Assembly: GCA_964016885.1 (NCBI GenBank)
Contig: OZ024743.1
Span: 299,832,001 to 299,896,000 of the forward strand
From: Eledone cirrhosa
Taxonomy: Eukaryota
Direction: 5' to 3'
DNA length: 64,000 nt
This document shows, piece by piece, positions 58,680 through 64,000 of the stretch. Position numbers and translations under genes: made by a program. The notes below the pieces were generated by a model. It saw only the letters and a program-made list of their open reading frames with translations. It had not been told where the DNA came from and made no database searches. Position 1 is the stretch's first letter. Every line of letters begins with the position of its first letter.

Positions 58680-58680
<1 letters not shown>
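58113..58680 (+). mobile_element. 5'-truncated Dong/R4-type element (RLE + 3' UTR), same family as 36815-38896
   Basis: WRHDMIGNVIHWDLC...WYEHKPESVKENDQVKVLWDFRIQMDKKLEHHRPDLV, with the same 3' terminus ctcaaagaac(aat)n. Confidence 0.9.
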
Positions 58681-58709
<29 letters not shown>

Positions 58710-58710
<1 letters not shown>

Positions 58711-58903
58711 ATAATTGTTTCTACTTTTGGCACAATGCCAGCAATTATACCATTACATTAATGGTACTTTATTTTATCGACCCCGTAAGGATGAAAGGCA
58801 AAGTTAACCTATGCGGGATTTGAATTCATATCATAAAGGGCCGGAACTCTTTGCTGCTAAAAATGGTGTCCGACTCTCTACAGATACTGCCAATCCACCG
58901 CCC
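58710..58903 (-). mobile_element. SINE (octopus-type), full length
   Basis: Reverse-complement consensus through to ...gatactgccaatccaccgccc. Confidence 0.9.
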
Positions 58904-58924
58904 TTGTATTATTAATAATGATAA

Positions 58925-59265
58925 TCATTTTACCGTGGGATCACAGGGTGAATGAGAAGAAATTAAAGAAGGTTGAGAAACATCAGGAGCTGAATAGGGA
59001 TATCGGAAAACTATTGAGACTCAAACACCTAGAAGTACTACTGATTGTGATTGGTGCACTGGGAGCAGCTAGTAGAACATTGGATGCATGGTTTGAGATG
59101 CTAGAAATTACCACCAGGACGGTTACAGAAAATAGCCTTGCTAGGAACAGCAAGGATTCTAAGGAATCTAAAGAAGGAATGGCCAATACGACCTGTGGCC
59201 ATTGACAATGGTTCGCTCTATTGGTATAAATTATGTATATCTGCCACAGCAACAGTATTACGAAT
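58925..59265 (+). mobile_element. 3' fragment of another RLE (Dong/R4-type) family
   Basis: PWDHRVNEKKLKKVEKHQEL...LIVIGALG...LGTARILR, followed by (ATA)/(TAG)n. Confidence 0.75.
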
Positions 59266-59723
59266 GATAATAATAATGATTACTAGTAGTAGTAGTAGTA
59301 GTAGTAATAGTAGTAGTAGTAGTAGTAGTAGTAGTAATATTAGTAGTAGTAGTAGTAGTAGTAGTAGTATGTGTCCATTTGATTGTTGACGAGTATCCTG
59401 TTTCCTGTACACATAATTTATTTGCCAAGGAATAATGTCTGTATTGATAAAAAGACACCCGTAATTGTGAATATCTTAACTTTTATGTGCTAGATTTCTC
59501 GTGAAAGACATTCATATCATTGATGAGGAAGGTGCTTGTCTGAAATTATCAGCTGCATTGCTTTTGTTTGGGTGCTTCAAGCATAGAATTTCTCCAGCAT
59601 TCTGTTATCCATTCTTGCAAAGATCTTTGCTACACAATATAACATTTCATTGTTCCGTTATTTCATTCTTGCCAAGAGGTCAGAATTTATTATTACTTCA
59701 TCTTAATGGGGGTGGTTGTTGTT

Positions 59724-59988
59724 TTCTTCTTCTTCTTCTTCTTCTTCTTCTTCTTCTTCTTCTTCTTCTTCTTCTTCTTCTTCTTCTTCTTCTTCTTCTT
59801 CTTCTTCTTCTTCTTCTTCTTCTTCTTCTTCTTCTACTACCCCCCTCCTCCTCCTCCTCCTCCTCTTCTTCTTCATCTTCTTCTTCTTCCTCTTCTTATT
59901 CTCATACTCCTCTTCCTCCGCCTCCTCTTCTTCTTCTTCTTCTTCTTCTTCTTCTTCTTCTTCTTCTTCTTCTTCTTCTTCTTCTTCA
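59724..59988. repeat. (CTT)n/(CCT)n trinucleotide microsatellite
   Basis: Directly visible. It produces the poly-L/F/S/E ORFs. Confidence 0.97.
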
Positions 59989-60665
59989 ACTGCGGAGTTT
60001 ACGCTCCTATTTCTACCTGGTGGAACGTTCATTTAGATGCTTCCTAGCATAGAATGGGATCGGAAATTATAAAAAACGAAGCCCATTTCTTCTAGAAGAG
60101 GAATTCTGGTATGCGGTTCAAGCGTAACTAAAATGTAATTCTCATTTTCGATTTAAATTTGTGCCGGTGCCATTTATTACATTATTTCTAATTTTCCATC
60201 TTAACATGTTTGATTGATGTTTTAATAGCAATCATCATAATCATTATCATCCATCATCATCATCATCATCGTCATCATCACCTAATTTCAAATCCGAAAT
60301 AACGTATCGTTAGACGAGAATATTTCCCTCCAAAAAAAAGGAAATAAAATATACAACATATACATTACAAAGAGAAAGACATTTTTATAGCGTTCAATTT
60401 GATTTTGGATCTCACTCATGGTATGAATAGTCATTGTTGTCCTGCTTGTGTTAAAGGATCTAAAGATATAAAAAAAAGTTCCGCTGTTGACTGTAGATTT
60501 GTTTGTAGTTTGGATATATGGAGTAATTTGTGTATTTAAACATATTTTCTGTATGCTATATACATTCAACTTTTTGGGGGGTTTGGTTATATACCTGTCT
60601 CATTAGTTTGTTTTATCATTCTGAAAGCATCTACTATTATTATAGGGATTGTTTCAATATTCTTC

Positions 60666-60723
<58 letters not shown>

Positions 60724-60977
60724 TAAAACATGTCTATAGAATCACCAGATAAAATATGTACCATTTCCTCTCCCAACTAGCATAATTAACCATATAAAAA
60801 ATCGATTAGACCAAGCTATAAGAAATGTCCGACAAATAACCGAAAGCAGCCCTTCGCGTCAGTTGCGACGGAATATTTATCGAGTATTTCGACATATGTA
60901 GCTCTGATATATATAGCTCTGATTATTTAATTTATTAACTCTTCATTGAGCCACAAAGTGACCCGTTGCAAAACGCA

Positions 60978-61056
<79 letters not shown>

Positions 61057-61126
61057 ATGATATTAATAAATGGAAACTATATTTATAAAACCATATTTAT
61101 TCTATTATATATATTTGTAAAACCAT

Positions 61127-61194
61127 ATTTATTCTATTATATATATTGCAAGGATACCAAAACTTTGGTACGCTTTCATCAGATAAAATACAAA
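61127..61194 (-). ncRNA. Hammerhead motif (family B, GCAA variant)
   Basis: tttgtattttat-CTGATGA-aagcgtaccaaa-gt-tttggtatcctt-GCAA-tatata-TA-atagaataaa. Confidence 0.6.
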
Positions 61195-61325
61195 GTTTGT
61201 TTTATAAATATTGACATATCCACGAAGGAGATCTTAACGGTTCAAGTTTTTCCTGGCTAAACTTGAACCGTTAAGATCCTGGATATGTCAATATTTCTAG
61301 ATATGTCAATATTTATAAAACAAAC

Positions 61326-61393
61326 TTTGTATTTTATCTGATGAGAGCCTACAAAAGTTTTAGTATCCTTGAAATATATATAATATAATAAAT
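61326..61393 (+). ncRNA. Type I hammerhead motif (family B)
   Basis: tttgtattttat-CTGATGA-gagcctacaaaagttttagtatcctt-GAAA-tatata-TA-atatataaata. The core is intact and stem II is partly decayed. Confidence 0.65.
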
Positions 61394-61529
61394 AGGGTTT
61401 TATAAATATAGTTACCATTTATTAATATCATTCATATTATACTCCAGAAAACTGTCGAGCGTTTCGAATCAGTTATAAATATATATATATTTGTTGAATT
61501 ACCTACAAATTAAATAATCCTTTTGCTTA

Positions 61530-61569
<40 letters not shown>

Positions 61570-61570
<1 letters not shown>

Positions 61571-62045
61571 CAAAGAAAGTGTGGTAAGAAACAAGAAGGA
61601 CCATAACGCACCAGAGTACTCGATACTTAGGGTAGAAGAGTGGGTAATAAGAAAAGAGTCAGGACCCCGACGACTGACCTCCGGCCGTTTCGACAGCTAC
61701 ATCCGAACTAAGCCACTAGTATTAGAACGGCGGGAATCGAGCTTAAATTCCTACAGGCCAGTTCAGCCACCCCCCTCCCATCGCGTTGCGATGAAGGAAT
61801 TTAAACATGTACATGACATCCCCAAACCATTGAGAACTGCCAATGACAGACGAGAAAAACAAAAAGAATTCAGGATTGTTTGATTTGATATTTCTGTTTT
61901 TCTGTTTTGACTGCATACCCATATATGGACTGTACTGCTTGATAAGTTCAGCTAGATTCCCGCCGTTTTAATACTGCTGGCTTTTTTTCAGATCTAGCTG
62001 TCGAAACGGCCGAAGTTCAGCCGTCGGGGTCCTGACTAGTTTCCT
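61570..62045. mobile_element. (TA)n-flanked non-coding element with ~90-bp internal inverted repeat (61657-61748 / 61945-62037)
   Basis: agtcaggaccccgacg...ggccgtttcgacagcta...aacggcgggaatc is mirrored at 61945-62037. A related short fragment lies at 43065-43135. Confidence 0.75.
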
Positions 62046-62113
62046 ATATTTATATATATGGTAGATCAGACGTGATCATCGCGATTCACATACGACCTAC
62101 CATACATCTTACT

Positions 62114-62197
<84 letters not shown>

Positions 62198-62589
62198 TGA
62201 GTGAGTGTATGTGTTGAGAAAGGGATTCCACGTTCGATCTTAGGAGTCATTACTGACTTGCCTATTGAGCAAATTGGAGTGTTTATTTAGGATTCCCAGA
62301 AACCAATCAAAGATATTTTATAATATCTATCGATCATGTCCGGGTTCGTATGTAACCTGTTTGTTGTCCTGGCTTTTGTGGCATTTTTTACCTGGCCGAA
62401 ATTTTCAATTTGTCACACCCTTAACGTATGTTTATTATTCTGAGCTTTATCTCATCGATTTATCGATATAATCTTATTGTGTGCTTGTGCCAGCTTGTGA
62501 CGATTGTTCTTTTGAAAGATGGTAGCCGTTACTGCAATTTCGATTTTACTCACTATCATTGCTATTTATATATAATATTAAATCAAAAG

Positions 62590-62871
62590 ATGGTTAAAAG
62601 AGTTCTATGTATTTTATTATGTGCATTAAATATCATCATGGGATGATATTTGCGTTCTCATGAGATAAAATAGGGAGACATGATATGAAGCTTATATATA
62701 TTATATATATATATATATACACAGAGGTATCCACAATAATGTATATATATATGTATATATATATGTGTGTATATATATATATGTATATATGTGTATATGT
62801 GTATGTATATATGTATGTATGTATGTATGTGTGTGTCTATATGTATGTGCATGTATATATGGATGTATGTG

Positions 62872-62913
<42 letters not shown>

Positions 62914-63650
62914 TGTGTGTATATGTGTATGTATCTGTATATGTATATGTATATATGGGTTGTATAGATGTGTATGTGTGGATATAGATATATATGGATA
63001 TGTATATATATGATTATATGCATGCGTGTGGATGTGTATTTAGGTTTGCATCTATTAGCACGTATGTATATTTTGGTTAGACGTCAATATAACTGTACCT
63101 CTCTCTATATGTGATGTGAATATATGCACTTTGTAGACTATGCAATTTATGTGTTTTAACTATGCCAACATGTACTTATCTGAGTTTGATTGTTCATGCA
63201 TAAACATACTTAGTAATATTTTAGAGCGTATACTATGTTATCCTATACTGAGTGCAATTTACCACACCGTACTATATTCTGTTGGTTAAGTTGTATATTA
63301 TCGCATTACTATATCACATTATCGTATTATAATTTTCATCTTTTAATATACTATATTTCCTAGCCTTACCATTAATTTATATTCACCTTAAAACTCAATA
63401 CAACACTAATCACCATTTATTTTGACATTCCTTTTAAATTCACTATACAAGATACATTCAACTATCAGTTTGACAATCCCCTTCCTTTCTAATAGATTTT
63501 TATGCCATTTCTACTAATACCTTTCAACCATTCATTTCAAAGGGTCATGACCTCAACTAAAGTGTATTACTTTTCATCTTAACACCATATGAAAAAAACA
63601 ATTTGATTCGATAGTTCTTCAACTACCTCCAAATATGGACATGATACTAA
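62590..63650 (-). mobile_element. Heavily decayed PLE remnant (GIY-YIG-like trace, CA-rich 3' region, degenerate HHR)
   Basis: Minus ~63150-63080 reads NCIVYKVHIHITYRERYSYIDV (VY...YIG-like). At ~62610-62670 there is tattttat-CTCATGA...TA-ataaaata. Confidence 0.4.
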
Positions 63651-63848
63651 TTCTGGGTAAAATTATTATTGAATAAAATTATTATTGCTTTTGAAAACAT
63701 TTGGTGATATGCATGTAAGTAAATATTCTCTCTATCTGATAGTTTGTAAACTTACATAGATCAATAACTAGTATATATACAATGTATTATCACCATCTAG
63801 AAACGATCGTAAGGCAGTGAAGTATATCTCTAATGACTTGATTTTTTA

Positions 63849-63909
63849 TTTCATTGTTTTAACTTTCATTGTTTTAACTTTCATTGTTTTAACTTTCATT
63901 GTTTTAACT
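63849..63909. repeat. 15-bp minisatellite (tttcattgttttaac) x4
   Basis: Directly visible. Confidence 0.9.
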
Positions 63910-64000
63910 ATATAGATATATATATATATATTCGGATAACTTCTCCAAGGCTTTCATAGATGTATTATTGACTGTTGACGTTGATAGATAGAAGACATTT

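Larger units (their letters stand above)
61055..61530. mobile_element. Family B fold-back element with two oppositely oriented HHR motifs
   Basis: Arms at 61055-61250 and 61258-61432 meet at gatcttaacggttcaagttt-ttcctggct-aaacttgaaccgttaagatc. The tail 61432-61530 matches 15858-15948. Confidence 0.85.

Overview
AT-rich, microsatellite-laden eukaryotic DNA with no supportable host protein-coding exon. The abundant SINE (core ...tttcatccttacggggtcgataaaataaagtaccagtaa...) looks like the octopus SINE family, so this is probably a coleoid cephalopod intron or intergenic region (recognition from memory, not verified). The window contains decayed non-LTR retrotransposons: two or three Penelope-like elements (PLE; RT plus GIY-YIG), two Tx1/L1-clade elements, several R4/Dong-type elements with a restriction-like endonuclease (RLE), one 5'-inverted RTE with a clean TSD, a CR1-type fragment and about 14 SINE copies. 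The feature not visible in the ORF track is a set of short non-coding elements embedded in (TA)n tracts. Many carry a type I hammerhead ribozyme (HHR) motif (stem I-CUGANGA-stem II-GAAA-palindromic stem III-UH-stem I), and they occur as partial tandem repeats or long fold-back palindromes. This looks like a multi-family system of (TA)n-targeted, HHR-bearing non-autonomous PLE derivatives or retrozymes. It includes covarying stems, HHRs with greatly expanded stem II, and variant cores. A second pattern is that Dong-type elements insert at the (TAA)n tail of the SINE with apparent long (about 50-140 bp) target duplications. All coordinates and pairings were read by eye and may be off by a few bases.
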